A DNA stretch of 63,833 nt, the filler included, from Pelomyxa schiedti (Eukaryota; Protista; Evosea): NCBI GenBank assembly GCA_020536535.1. It is 9 parts of 9 records of this genome, joined end to end, with 100 filler letters (N's around TTAATTAATTAA, not from the genome) between each part and the next. Parts side by side here need not be neighbours in the genome. Positions count along the whole stretch, not along the records: positions 24,197 to 29,922 come from JAHLWZ010000520.1; positions 30,023 to 32,752 come from JAHLWZ010001912.1; positions 32,853 to 36,607 come from JAHLWZ010001692.1; positions 36,708 to 59,883 come from JAHLWZ010000259.1; 5 more parts are not named here. One strand, given 5' to 3'. The notes below the pieces were generated by a model. That model made no database searches. It was not told the origin of the DNA and saw nothing but the letters and a program-made list of their open reading frames with translations. Positions within the stretch are counted from its first letter, which is position 1. Every line of letters begins with the position of its first letter. Both the position numbers and the translations under genes were made by a program. Below are positions 25,243 through 36,722 of this stretch, piece after piece.

Positions 25243-26825
25243 TCAGGAGTCTTGCTGTATGAGCCTCTGGCAAACATCAATAAAGATTTGTTTCACATTC
25301 TGCCCAGTCTTGGCACTGCACTCATAGAAAATTATCTTGTCACTAACTGCAAAGATTTGTGTCCTGGCTGTTTGTGTTGGTATTTCCCTGTGCGAATCCC
25401 CAAGGTCTAATTTGTTCCCAGCAACAGCAATTACTATATTGGGGTCTGCTGTGCCGTGCTGAAGCTGACCTATCCACGTTCTTACAGATTCGAGGGTAGG
25501 CTTGGGCAAGATGTTATTGTCCACATAAGAGGGAATAATAACTAACCCCTTCAGTTATGGAATAAACTGTTTACCGGCAATGCTGTTAAGGAAAGAAAAA
25601 TTTGGTGGGGTTAATACCTATCAGAGCGGCTGCGGCACCTATGAAGATGGTTAAAGCTGAAGTAGTCAAAATGAGAGGAACCTCGAAAGAACATTGGAGC
25701 TAAGGAACGGTACCGCTCTTGGAAGAGTTAGTTTTCGTGTTATGGATGTTTCAAGAACCTTGCCCGGCGGTGTCCCATATCTTTGGGAGTTATTATACAG
25801 GGATTTTGATAGAATAACTTACCTCCAATTTAATCGCTCTTCCATCAACAAACATTTTATGGGCAAAAAATGAAGCCCTGCATAAGGATTGGAATTAATG
25901 TACCTTAAAAAGGAACAGACCCAACAGTGGTCTCAGAGAATTCTGTCCACTCGTCGCGTACAAGGCGGGTGACAAGTGCAGTTTTCCCGGTATTCATATC
26001 ACCGAGTATGACCATCTTAATCCCTTGGTCAAGGCATCTCTTTGGCTGACTATTAACAACAACTACGGTAATTGAATGAGAACCAGTATGGGTGAGAAAA
26101 GGGAAACAACCAGAGGGAGGCGGAGCAGTACGTCGTGACAATGGTGAAGAGTGACTACTGCACGCCGAGCTTTCTCCCTATATTCCTTATAAGTCATTCA
26201 GTAGCATTCAAAAATCCAAAACCCCCAACTACTAACTAACTAACNNNNNNNNNNNNNNNNNNNNNNNNNNNNNNNNNNNNNNNNNNNNNNNNNNNNNNNN
26301 NNNNNNNNNNNNNNNNNNNNNNNNNNNNNNNNNNNNNNNNNNNNAGCAGTACGTCGTGACAATGGTGAAGAGTGACTACTGCACGCCGAGCTTTCTCCCT
26401 ATATTCCTTATAAGTCATTCAGTAGCATTCAAAAATCCAAAACCCCCAACTACTAACTAACTAACTAACAACTCAATTCCACTATGTGCAAGGCCATGCA
26501 AATAGGGAAAAAAAAACCCCCCATAAGTTAGAAAAAGAAGTAAAACAACAACAATAATGAAAAAGTAATCACACACATCCGACTCGGACGGCGACGAGGA
26601 AGAGGACGAGGACGAGGAGGACGAGGGAGCGGAGCAGGGGAGTTCGTTTGCTAGTGACAGGCACTTGCTGTGTATTTTGTAGCCGCACGACGCGCACGTG
26701 CAGCCCTGCTTCCCAAACGGGTTCTTGACGAACCCCTTGCAGAAATCGCACCACGTCGGGCTGTTGAACCGCGCCTCCTCGAACCGGTGGTGCCGCCGAC
26801 CGCTGCCCGTTGTTGTTGCCGCCAT
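25243..26825 (-). CDS. C1 (DAG/phorbol-type zinc finger)-Rab5-like GTPase fusion (paralog A)
   Basis: C1: HRFEEARFNSPTWCDFCKGF....GKQGCTCASCGYKIHSKC. Rab: GDMNTGKT, IWDTAGQ|ERYRSLAPMFFR|GAAAA, GNKLD, ECSAKTG. The gene spans a 100-N gap with duplicated flanks. Confidence 0.8.
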
Positions 26826-26864
26826 CTTCGACCACAGGTTTTTGTTTCTGATTCGTGCAACAAC

Positions 26865-29662
26865 CTAATTTTCTGTTATCTTTACGGTGTTGTGGCTGTA
26901 AATGCTTACAGCAGGATACAAGCCCCTTGGGATGTTGTTCACCGTTGCGGTTGCGTTGTTGTGTCGCGGCCACGTTGCAGTGAGCGTGAGTGTGCGTGCG
27001 TCATACCTGAACATAACATCCTCACCCCCGCTGGCTTTGAACTTGGGTGTGCTGCCTGGTATACGCCAGGAGTCATTGTTTGTGCTCCAGGCATACATGA
27101 GACAGTACGGAGCCCCCGCGTTTTGGTCCAACGGCCTCTGAATGAGTCCGTAGGCAACCCAGTGGTATCCATCCGCGAGGTCAGAGATTGAGAACTGCCA
27201 CTCATACACGCGGTCAGGATCAGAGAGCTGTGTGGTGGCTGTCACTGTTGACTGCTGGCCTTGTATGGGGTTGGACACTGGCTTGCGCACCATTGACTTG
27301 TCATGTGGTGGGATCACAAGGAGGTCCCCACAGCACCCTGTATCCCACTCCCACGTTGTTTCTGTTTTGGTAAGAAGGAAGTGACTGATTGTGAACATTA
27401 AACAACACACCAAAAATCAGAGGAGTGGATGAAACATGTTGACCAGCAACTGTGAGAACCAATGTTGCGTGGTTGGAGTTGTTGTCTCGGGGTTGTGGCG
27501 GCACTGTGCACGTAATCTCAGTGTGTGGATGTGTCACTTCAACGCTGGTGCATTCCACTCCTTAGTTGTGTGTCAGACCCCAAAGCATACAAGGAAAAAG
27601 AAAGGGGTGCATGCCATTGACAGACACCGTGATTTCGCGAGGTGAGGCACCAAAGCCATGTCCTGTGATTGTTGTCTTACCACCTTGTCGAGGAACCTTC
27701 GTGACATTCTGAATCACTGGCGCTGTTTTGTGTTCATGGTCAAAGTTGGGAAAAACTTCACTACGATATACCTCTGAATGAGAATCTCGTGTCATTCGGT
27801 CTGTGAGCAGGAGTTCCAAACACAGAGAGTGACACAGGAAGGTCACATCCAACACCACAATCAGGCAATGTGAAAGTGAGAACCGAGCCAGGAGTGACAA
27901 CGTTCACGTTTGTGCACTCGGATTCACCAACTCCCACTCGAATATCTTGGTTCATTGCCTGCGGTGCCCACTGTCCACACAGCGTAACTGAACGTACTCC
28001 TGTTGTTTCCTCCTTTATGCATTCAAGCACTGGCCCTGTGTTTTTTTTTTTGGATTTCAGAATAGTGAATGGGGAAAGTGAAGCAACCAACCAGTTGAGA
28101 TGTAACAGAGGCCAGGAATCTTTTCCTTGAGGGGTTCAATGTCATCAGTGCAACGGCTCAAAGTTGCACTGACACATGGTGTCAAGTGCTCCGGTTTGCA
28201 TTCAATTTGCTGTTTTCATTTGCGTCAGATAAGTATCCCACAAGCTAGGTCATTGAAACAGCACTTACCCTCAGGATGACAGCCATTGAATCGCAAGATT
28301 CGATGATTCTGGAGGGATCGCCAGTCTTCAAGATTGATTCAAACCTGGATTTGAAACTCTCAATGTGCATCACTCCTGCTGTGATGCTCTCAAGTTGCTG
28401 CGACAACTCACATGCTGTTGAAATCAAAGCTTCAAAAAAGAAAGAGAAAGAACTAGAGGACACACTCTTGGAGGATGCAATTGACCTTGACAACGAAAGC
28501 AGTTCCTCTTGTCTTCTTTGCAATCTTGAAATCATCTCACTGAATTCCCGGCAGACTTTTTCCTCAAACTCACTGTGAATCTTGTTGTTTGTATTGAATT
28601 GGTTGAAAGAAAGCCATTTTCAAATGAAAAGAAACCTGTTTCACATTTGAGATCACCGGCTCAATGGACTTTGCACTCAAGCTCAAATCAGTTTGCAATT
28701 TGGTGAGTTTCTGCACAAAGGCCTCAACACTCGATTTTTTGGAGCTGCACAGGTCTTCCACAGTCGAAATGTTGTGTCCCTTCAATGCGAGATCAGCCAA
28801 ATGAGCAAAGGTAGGAGAAAGAAAACCTTGTGTGAAGATGAGAACGAGCATGTGGGGCAAATGAATGTGCTATCACTCTCACAGAACAAGTCCATCTGAA
28901 GACGGTGCTTCTCACACATCATCCTTCCTGTTTGTTCATCGGATTCAAAAATATAAATCATTCAAATGAGAGAAGGAAAGGGTTACGTTCGGGGGCCTGA
29001 TCCACAACAGCAGACACAGGGTCACATTTCACATGTGACATCAAACCAGGAGCCCAATGCGCGGTGGGCCAACACGATTCGCAGAACAACACCGGGGAAC
29101 CCCCTCCAAATGCCCTCGTGCACTCCTTGCACCAGTGCTTGCCACTCACTCCCATAAGTCCCATCGCTGCGCACCTGCTGCAACTCGCCACAGCGCCACC
29201 GCCACTGGCGCTGCCCGCAGTGGGTCCGGTGGTTGAATCAGCCGATGGTGGTGATTTGTTGGGCGGGGGCGTCAGTTGGCGCACTGTGGCGTCCCTTGTG
29301 GCCCCGCACACGCCGCACCACACTCGCAACGCGGCTGCCGACGTCGGCGAGTTGCGGTCCCCATCCCCGGGAACACCGCCACCGCCGCCGCGGGCGCTAC
29401 TTCCACGTTTTGTGACCGGACCCTCCCGCGAGGCAGAGGATTGTGGGATGTCCCTCGAGAACGTGACGATGGCTCCGCTGCAATCGCCACACACCACGTG
29501 GCCACACTCCGGCTCAACGACGACAGGGGGGTGACGACCACCACGCTCCGACGCGTTGGGTTGTTCGCTTATGGGATCCCTGCACACACTGCATCGTCTT
29601 TGTTGTTGTTGGTGTGTTGACGGTGGTGCGGCAACAACAACGCCCGTTGTCACTCCTGCCAT
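26865..29662 (-). CDS. TRIM-like protein: RING + two B-boxes + coiled coil + IPT/TIG repeats + SPRY-like C-terminus
   Basis: RING CSVC..CGHVVCGDC..CGVC. B-box 1 CSRC..WCKEC..FCESCW..H..H. B-box 2 CEKHRLQMDLFCESDSTFICPTC. Coiled coil ISRLQRRQEELL. TIG GGKTTITGHGFG..ITCTVPP. SPRY-like YEWQF..AYG..LYPAVSI. Confidence 0.75.
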
Positions 29663-29922
29663 CCTCAGTTCCCCCTGTGGCCGCAAAGGTAAATGTTCCT
29701 TTGGGAAGATTGAAGGCACTCGAGTCTGTGGACCATCCATACAAGTATGTAGTGTAGGGAGAACGGTTGCTTTGGTCAAAGGGTCTCTTCGGAATGAGAC
29801 CATACGCAACCCACTGGTCTCGATTGAGGTCAGAGATTGAGAGGTGCCACTCATACACGCGGCCAGGATCAGAGAGCTGTGTGGTGGCTGTCACTGTTGA
29901 CTGCTGGCCTTGCATGGGGTTG
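29660..29922 (-). pseudogene. Truncated SPRY-like exon of an upstream tandem paralog
   Basis: QGQQSTVTATTQLSDP.RVYEW matches 27180-27270 at DNA level and breaks off at GAGGATG. Confidence 0.7.
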
Positions 29923-32852
29923 NNNNNNNNNNNNNNNNNNNNNNNNNNNNNNNNNNNNNNNNNNNNTTAATTAATTAANNNNNNNNNNNNNNNNNNNNNN
30001 NNNNNNNNNNNNNNNNNNNNNNGCACACCTGTCCATTTCCTACCTCACCTCCGCAAAAGGGCTGCTAAGCAACCTATATCTATCGCCACACTCCTTCCTG
30101 AAGAGTGGTGGGACTTGGTTTTACGTGGAGAGGAAAAAGCTGCACTCAATCGTTTGGCAAGGATGGACTTCAGCATTATTCTTGGACTGCAAAGTGTGCT
30201 CTTGGATTCAGCACAGCCATCGATTGAATGCTGGAGGCCCCATGCATTCTGAGTACACCACCCCAAAAGTTGTTTTCTATTAATGATTCCTTACAGCAGC
30301 TGCCAGAAGCCATATGCTGTGGAAGGTCTGGTCTGGTGTTCTTCTGGAAAAATCCCAGGAAGCCAGAGATATATTTTGGATAGGGTGTCAACACACCATA
30401 CACCAAAGCGTACTCCAGTGTATGTGTCCCCCCTCCAAACAACAAATCCTTTAAATTAACCTTGCTGAATTACAGAACCGTTGTCCAAGCTGCCCTGTGT
30501 GCCTTCGTTCAAAGTCGATCAGCCGTTAAAAAATGGTGTGTACCCTCGGCGTCAAAGAGGAAAAGGCCGCCACAACCTTGTCCTCCTGCCGCCACACCGA
30601 AGCCAGAATATACTGCCATACACAAGGGCTGGGACCCAGACAAGTTCAAAATCGTGGGAAATAATTGGCATTTCTGGGTCTTGAAGGAGGAGGGCAAAAT
30701 GTTCATTCTGGAGAACCGTGACCTTCTTCTGGAAGGAGCCAGCAAGCAACTGGAGGCTGCAGGGTTGTACTGCAAGCAACATCCCATGCCGATTGGTGAA
30801 GAACTGGATACCCTACTTTGCACTGGCAGGGCTAGGGGTAGTGCCAAGAAACCTAGAAAAACATGACATCATCATCACTTTGCTGCACTTAAAATATTTG
30901 ATTTTTTCTATTTTCTGGCCCCGGCTGGAATTTTAGATTATTTGGGAGGACATTCTTGACCATGGCCGTCTCTTGGAATTATCAGTGATTCCAAGCCCCA
31001 GCTGCACTTTTATATTCCCAGTATTTGCCATATTTCTAGCCTTTGCCGGACCTAAAAAAAAATCTAGCATTTGCTGGATTTTGCGGACATCGGGATCTTG
31101 CATACTGCACAATTGGTTTCATAAACCTGCACCATGCAAGTTTCCTAGACTGTGCTCAAAAACCTGCACCATGCATGTTTCTTGGACCATGCTTGAAAAA
31201 TGCACAGTGCATGTTTTCCAAACGGTTCAGCCTTCCTTTGTTTTCTTTTTTCTCAGTAACTCTCAGGATAATCTGCAAGACGGAAAAACTTTTTCCGGAG
31301 CTAGCATTACACATAATTTGCGAAACCGCAATGTACGGACCAGCACTGTACCAATATTTGGAGGCTTTTCCTGACCCTGGAACTATCCATAATTTGCACA
31401 CACGAACTCTCCATTGTGTTAAGACTGGGAAAATGGGACACTACTCCCAATCATGGTTCTAAATTCATTTTAACAACATAAAAAAATGGGCTTTTGCCAC
31501 ACTGAGCACTTGAAGCTCTGGTGAACAGACAAACCTTAATATCAAAACTCTAATAGCCAAAAAAAAAAAGTTCTTTTGTCTAAGAAGATGTTTTCTCAAA
31601 GTCCTTAGAGGAAAAACATATTTTATGTTTTCCCAAACAGAATTTTATCATGTTTGGTAAAATTGTACATCTCTTGTCAAGTACAAGGATTTCGATTTCT
31701 TGGCCTGACTTCAGAAAAGACTACACCATCAGAGCCAATACTCTGGTAAAGAGAATGTCTGGAGAGTGGAAATGGGGTCGTGGAATGAATGTATTCGACG
31801 ATTTGAAGAAAAGACTGTGCAAAGAACTGATGGAATGACATCCAAACTGGAAGTGACTTAGCTATGTGTCCAAAGCTCCAGGTCGTTGATTCCCTCAATG
31901 GTGGCTTCTTTAACCTTTATTATTACAGCGTGTATGACTTGCATTGTACGAGGACAAAGCGTACTGGAAGTTGCATTGTCATCTCAGTTTGAGTGTCCCC
32001 ACTGACAGTTTTTGCAAATATCCCAAAAACAGAAAGCATAAATGTGGAAGGATTAAATGGAGACATCAGTACTCCTAAGCCCAAAGACTGTTGAGCCGCT
32101 TCCAACATAAAATGATGAAAGCACCCACAACAGATTAGAAATGCGTAAATATTTTCAGACCTGCGTGTCCGCTCCTCCCACAATAAACTCCACTTGCAAC
32201 CGCCTGGACGAAGCCAAATAAATCGTAAGACGTGGCGGTTACCACGGAGCTAACGACGTCCTGGCCCGACATTATGGGACGGCTACAGCCCCCTCGGTTT
32301 GGTTTCGCGCAGTGGAACTACGCAGCTGCCAGTCCTTGAAGGCACGTAGGTTAGTTGTCTGATGCTGCGTTGATAATTCTGAGCACGGGGCAATCAACTT
32401 CTGGCACCCTCAACAATGCACAAGAAGAGGAAACCAGTTTTTTCTTTTGGTTGCTACTCATCACAGTTACAAGAGTGCACCAGTTTGAACATTATATATC
32501 ACATGGTGATGCACGTTGGTGGCTCCATCTTTTTCTCTTCTGCTGATGGTTACGGAGTGCTGTGGAACGCCTTGGTTGATGGGAACCTTGACCTCTCCAA
32601 GTGGCTTGTCACCACCTTGAGGCACGGCAAAAGGTTATATTCTTCGCAGTGCGGTCCCATGAGGAAATCGTGTGCGATTCCGTCTGAAATGAGCTGCTCC
32701 ATCCATCGGATGAAAGGGAGGTCACCCTTTGAACAGCAGTCCGAAAAGGCACNNNNNNNNNNNNNNNNNNNNNNNNNNNNNNNNNNNNNNNNNNNNTTAA
32801 TTAATTAANNNNNNNNNNNNNNNNNNNNNNNNNNNNNNNNNNNNNNNNNNNN

Positions 32853-33188
32853 AATGCACTAAGGTTGTCACAGCTGGATGAAACCATGTTCTGTGTGTCA
32901 CTGAAAGAGGAGTACCAGCTGTGGGATTCAACAAATATCCAGGCAGGTCCACTGAGGAGGTTTCCAATTGATCACAATGGCAATGTTGGTGTTGGTGCAC
33001 AACAACTCGTCACAGCAGAGCGTGGATTGTTATTCCACCACAGTACAGAGATGTATGTTACTGAGGCTTCCACAGGGGCACTGCTCATGCACCTCACTGA
33101 TGTCCCTCCAAATTCCATGGTAACTATTTCAAGCTTTGAAAATGGCAAGGGCAGAGTAGAAAACCAGCAGGTACAAGACAACCCCTAA
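32853..33188 (+). CDS. C-terminal fragment of the same lineage-specific family as 22139-23413
   Basis: Shared motifs SQL...FCV..YQLWD..PLR..VTEASTG. Confidence 0.6.
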   Translation, partial: NALRLSQLDETMFCVSLKEEYQLWDSTNIQAGPLRRFPIDHNGNVGVGAQQLVTAERGLLFHHSTEMYVTEASTGALLMHLTDVPPNSMVTISSFENGKGRVENQQVQDNP

Positions 33189-33492
33189 AAAGCAAAGTAA
33201 CACTTACTGATTGGCTGTGGGAAATAATGCAATGTGTGGGTTCAGCAATGAAAGTGGTGACCCTGACGGGGAGTTGTGTTTGTGGTGTGAAAGTGATGAC
33301 TTCCCGAAAAAGGGAATCGCGGTGTCGGCACAGAGCAACCCTCAGAAGTCGGACAACTTCCAGGAATTCCATGACCCCTGCCACTGTGCATTGCGTCCAC
33401 AGAATACTCGGAATTCATGGGACTCTGGGCTTCTAAGCAACACCGCTTTCACACCGGTTGGTTTTTTGGGAAACCATCAAAAAAACTAAAAG

Positions 33493-36400
33493 ATGGCACA
33501 CGTCAACGAGACACTCCTCCAGGCGGTGCGAAGTGGTGACGAAGTGGCAACTCGTGCCATCCTCAAACTCAACTCCCAGATAGACATCAACGCCACGTAC
33601 GGCTACCAGGGCACCACGACCGCAACCACGCTGCTCCACGAGGCCGGGAACGCCGCAGTTGCGCGTCTTCTGCTGACGTCACCCCCGCCGCCGCACACCC
33701 CTTTCGATGACGTCAACAGGACCGACGCGTGGGGAAACACACCACTGTGGATGGCATGCAGCACTGGCAAAGAGGACGTTGTGAGGGAGTTGCTGGGCGT
33801 GGTGGGCGTTGACCCAAACAAGAGCCACGCGTTCGCTGGGGCACCGCTGTGGTGTGCGAGCTACAAAGGGAAAGCAGCGATAGTAAAGCTCCTGCTTGGG
33901 CACCCTTACACCGACGTGAACATCCTGGGGTCGTCTAATGAGAGTCCCCTGGCCGTGGCTCTGAGCAGGGGGCACCTGGAAGTGGCCAGTATGATTGTAG
34001 CACATGGTGGCAGAGTCAACAAGGAGGCCACAGCTGAGGTGGACAAGGCCATGGGAGGGCATGACAAGTACATGGAGTGGGTCAAGTCTGTACTATACCC
34101 ACAAGTTGAGAAGGTAATCCCACCCCATAAATAGGCATCTTTACCTGCAAAAAGGGCAAGGAGAACGTTGGAACAGAGAAGTTGGACAAGGTGGGTACTA
34201 CTGCTACATTGGAAACGGAAAAGATGGCGGCAGCTGTTGTGATGGTTGTTGACGATACCTCATCCCCTGCTGGGGAAATTTACACAGGCAGGCTCGTGAA
34301 CGGCCAACGTGATGGAAAAGGGATGTGCAAATGCAAAAACGGTGACACATATGATGGTGAGTGGAGGGATGGTCTGCAGCATGGACGAGGTGTTTATAAG
34401 TGGGCTGATGGTGAGAGCTATGAAGGGGAGTGGTTCAGTGGCAAATATGATGGGTGGGGAGTGCATCGCTATCCTGATGGGCTTTGGTTTGAGGGGTTGT
34501 ACAGGGACAACCACTGGAAAAGAGGAACCTGGCATGATGGAGTGGATATTATGGATGGTTCTTGTGAGTGGAATGCAACAGAAAACGTGCATGAAATGCA
34601 GGGGTGGGGTGTTCAAAGGAGAGCCATCTCCAATCACCCCGAAAGTGCCCCTGCAAGCCCCACTGGTATCATAATGGAGACAGTGTATGAAGGTGAGTGG
34701 AACAGGGACCTGTGGCATGGGCAGGGTACTTGGAATTCACCTGATGGCTCAGGTGACATCTACCATGGTCAGTTTTACCATGAAAAGAAGAGTGGAACAG
34801 GGAGGATTCTGTTTGGTGATGGAGGGAGTTATGTTGGTGAGTGGAAGGATGACCTGTTCCATGGGAGGGGTGTGAGGCTGTGGGGAAATGGTGACAGGTA
34901 TGATGGCCAATGGGTGGGTGGAAAGGAGCATGGTGAAGGAACAAAGATGTGGTCAAGGGATGGATCATCATTCACTGGGTTGTGGGAGAGTGGTCTGCCA
35001 ACAAAGGGAATGAGGAGGTGGCCAAATGGCGACATATTTGAAGGCACATTCACATGCGATGGCAGCACTGGTTGGGAGTGCCGTGGTGAGGGTGTTGCTA
35101 CACTGTCTTCATCAACTGTGGTGGAGGGCACCATCAACAACACCCTTTTTCAAAGTGGGAGCTCTGAAGTTACACATCGAATGGGATCATCCCTGCCCCA
35201 GTTTGAGCATCACAAGCAAATTGAGGTGCAATCCATCTTCTTTTGTTTTCTAATTTGGAGTACCAACAACAAAACAGAATTTGAAAAAAGAGCAAGGCGA
35301 AGTGGAGAAAAAGTTAAATGAAGAAATTTTGGCAGTGAAAATAGAGGCTGAGGTGTGTTACTTCTTACGAAGCTCCTTTCTAACTGTTTGGATCAAAAAA
35401 AGACAAAACATGATGAAGAAATAAAAGTCAGCAAAAGGGGATGGGAGGTGTGCAACTCCTGCCACTTATCACACCAGACTAAAAGAACAAATAAACAGTT
35501 GAGAATAAAGCAGCTGGAGGAAGAGGTACATACATCAAGCATACCTCTGAAGGCAGAGGTGGCACACTGTATGTCCACCCCATACTTTTTTCTTTGATCA
35601 ATGGGGAAAAGGGAAGGAGAAATATTTGAATCTTCAAACTAGATTTTCATCACTCTCTTATGAAATCCAGAAAGAAAAGGTTACTGTACTTAGTAATGTG
35701 AATGACTCCCAATACACATACTCCCCCACCATTATTACAGAAACAGATTGAGCAAATGATTTCACTGATTCCGGCAGATGTTTCTGACTTCTCCCTTGAA
35801 AACCTCCTTGGAACTGGGGCCAGTGCAGCAGCTTTCAAAGTGCAGTTTTCCAATGGCCTTTCTTCTTCTGGCGGTACAAACAAAGTGTCAAGCATGGTGC
35901 TTAAAGTGCTGTTCAACTGGGAGAACACACCAAGGCACACAAAGCTCAGGCAGAAGTACATGGCTGAGTGTGTGATACTCTGTTCCATTCCTCCACACCC
36001 AAATGTTATTCATCCCCTTGGTGCTTTGGTGATTCCCAGGTAATTGTGAGAGAAAGGGTCATTCTCATACAAAAAAAAAGGTTGCCTTATGAGTTTATTG
36101 AGCAGATTCCAAAAAGCCAACCTGCTTTCAGAGAGATGGCACTGAGTAAGTCACTTGCGTTTGTGATGCCATTTGGGGGGGTATCCTTGGCTAGCTTCCT
36201 CCAGTTCCTTCTTTCCTCTCGTCCCTCCAATCAGTGGGAAGTAACAGTAAATTTGTTCCAACAGGCACTTGCAGCAGTGAACCACATTGAAACCAACAAG
36301 ATCGTTCACAGGTTTTTCCACCCACCCTCTGCCCCTTCTTGACAATCAACTCCTAAAAAAAAGGGACATCAAAGAAGACAACATTTTGGTTGACCCAGCA

Positions 36401-36607
36401 ACAAACACACTCTCTCTGATTGACTTTGGAGAGGCCACAAGGTGCCTCAAGGCTGACCTTGTGGTCACAGTCTCGTCAGACATGCAAGTGTGGGGGAATG
36501 TAGGTACTATGCCACCAGAGCTGAGTGTACTCCTGAGGACACTCAGGGCAACAGGGCCATCACCCTTCTCATACTCCAAATGTGACTCCTTTGCAGTTGC
36601 AATAACT
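33493..36607 (+). CDS. Ankyrin + MORN + coiled-coil + PINK1-like Ser/Thr kinase (3' truncated)
   Basis: Ankyrin repeats (GNTPLWMAC, GAPLWCAS, ESPLAVA) and about 9 MORN repeats (YxGxWxxGxxHGxG). Kinase motifs LGTGASAAAFK, VLKVLFNWE, HPNVI, IVH|RDIKEDNILV, IDFG, GNVGTMPPE, YSKCDSFAV. Confidence 0.9.
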
Positions 36608-36722
36608 NNNNNNNNNNNNNNNNNNNNNNNNNNNNNNNNNNNNNNNNNNNNTTAATTAATTAANNNNNNNNNNNNNNNNNNNNNNNNNNNNNNNNNNNNN
36701 NNNNNNNGCCGTGGCGTAAATT

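Noticed and set aside
30023-32752. Possible transposase or ankyrin-like genes
   Set aside because: Only short broken ORFs and a weak ankyrin-like patch (LVDGNLDLSKWLV) are present, which is insufficient for a call.
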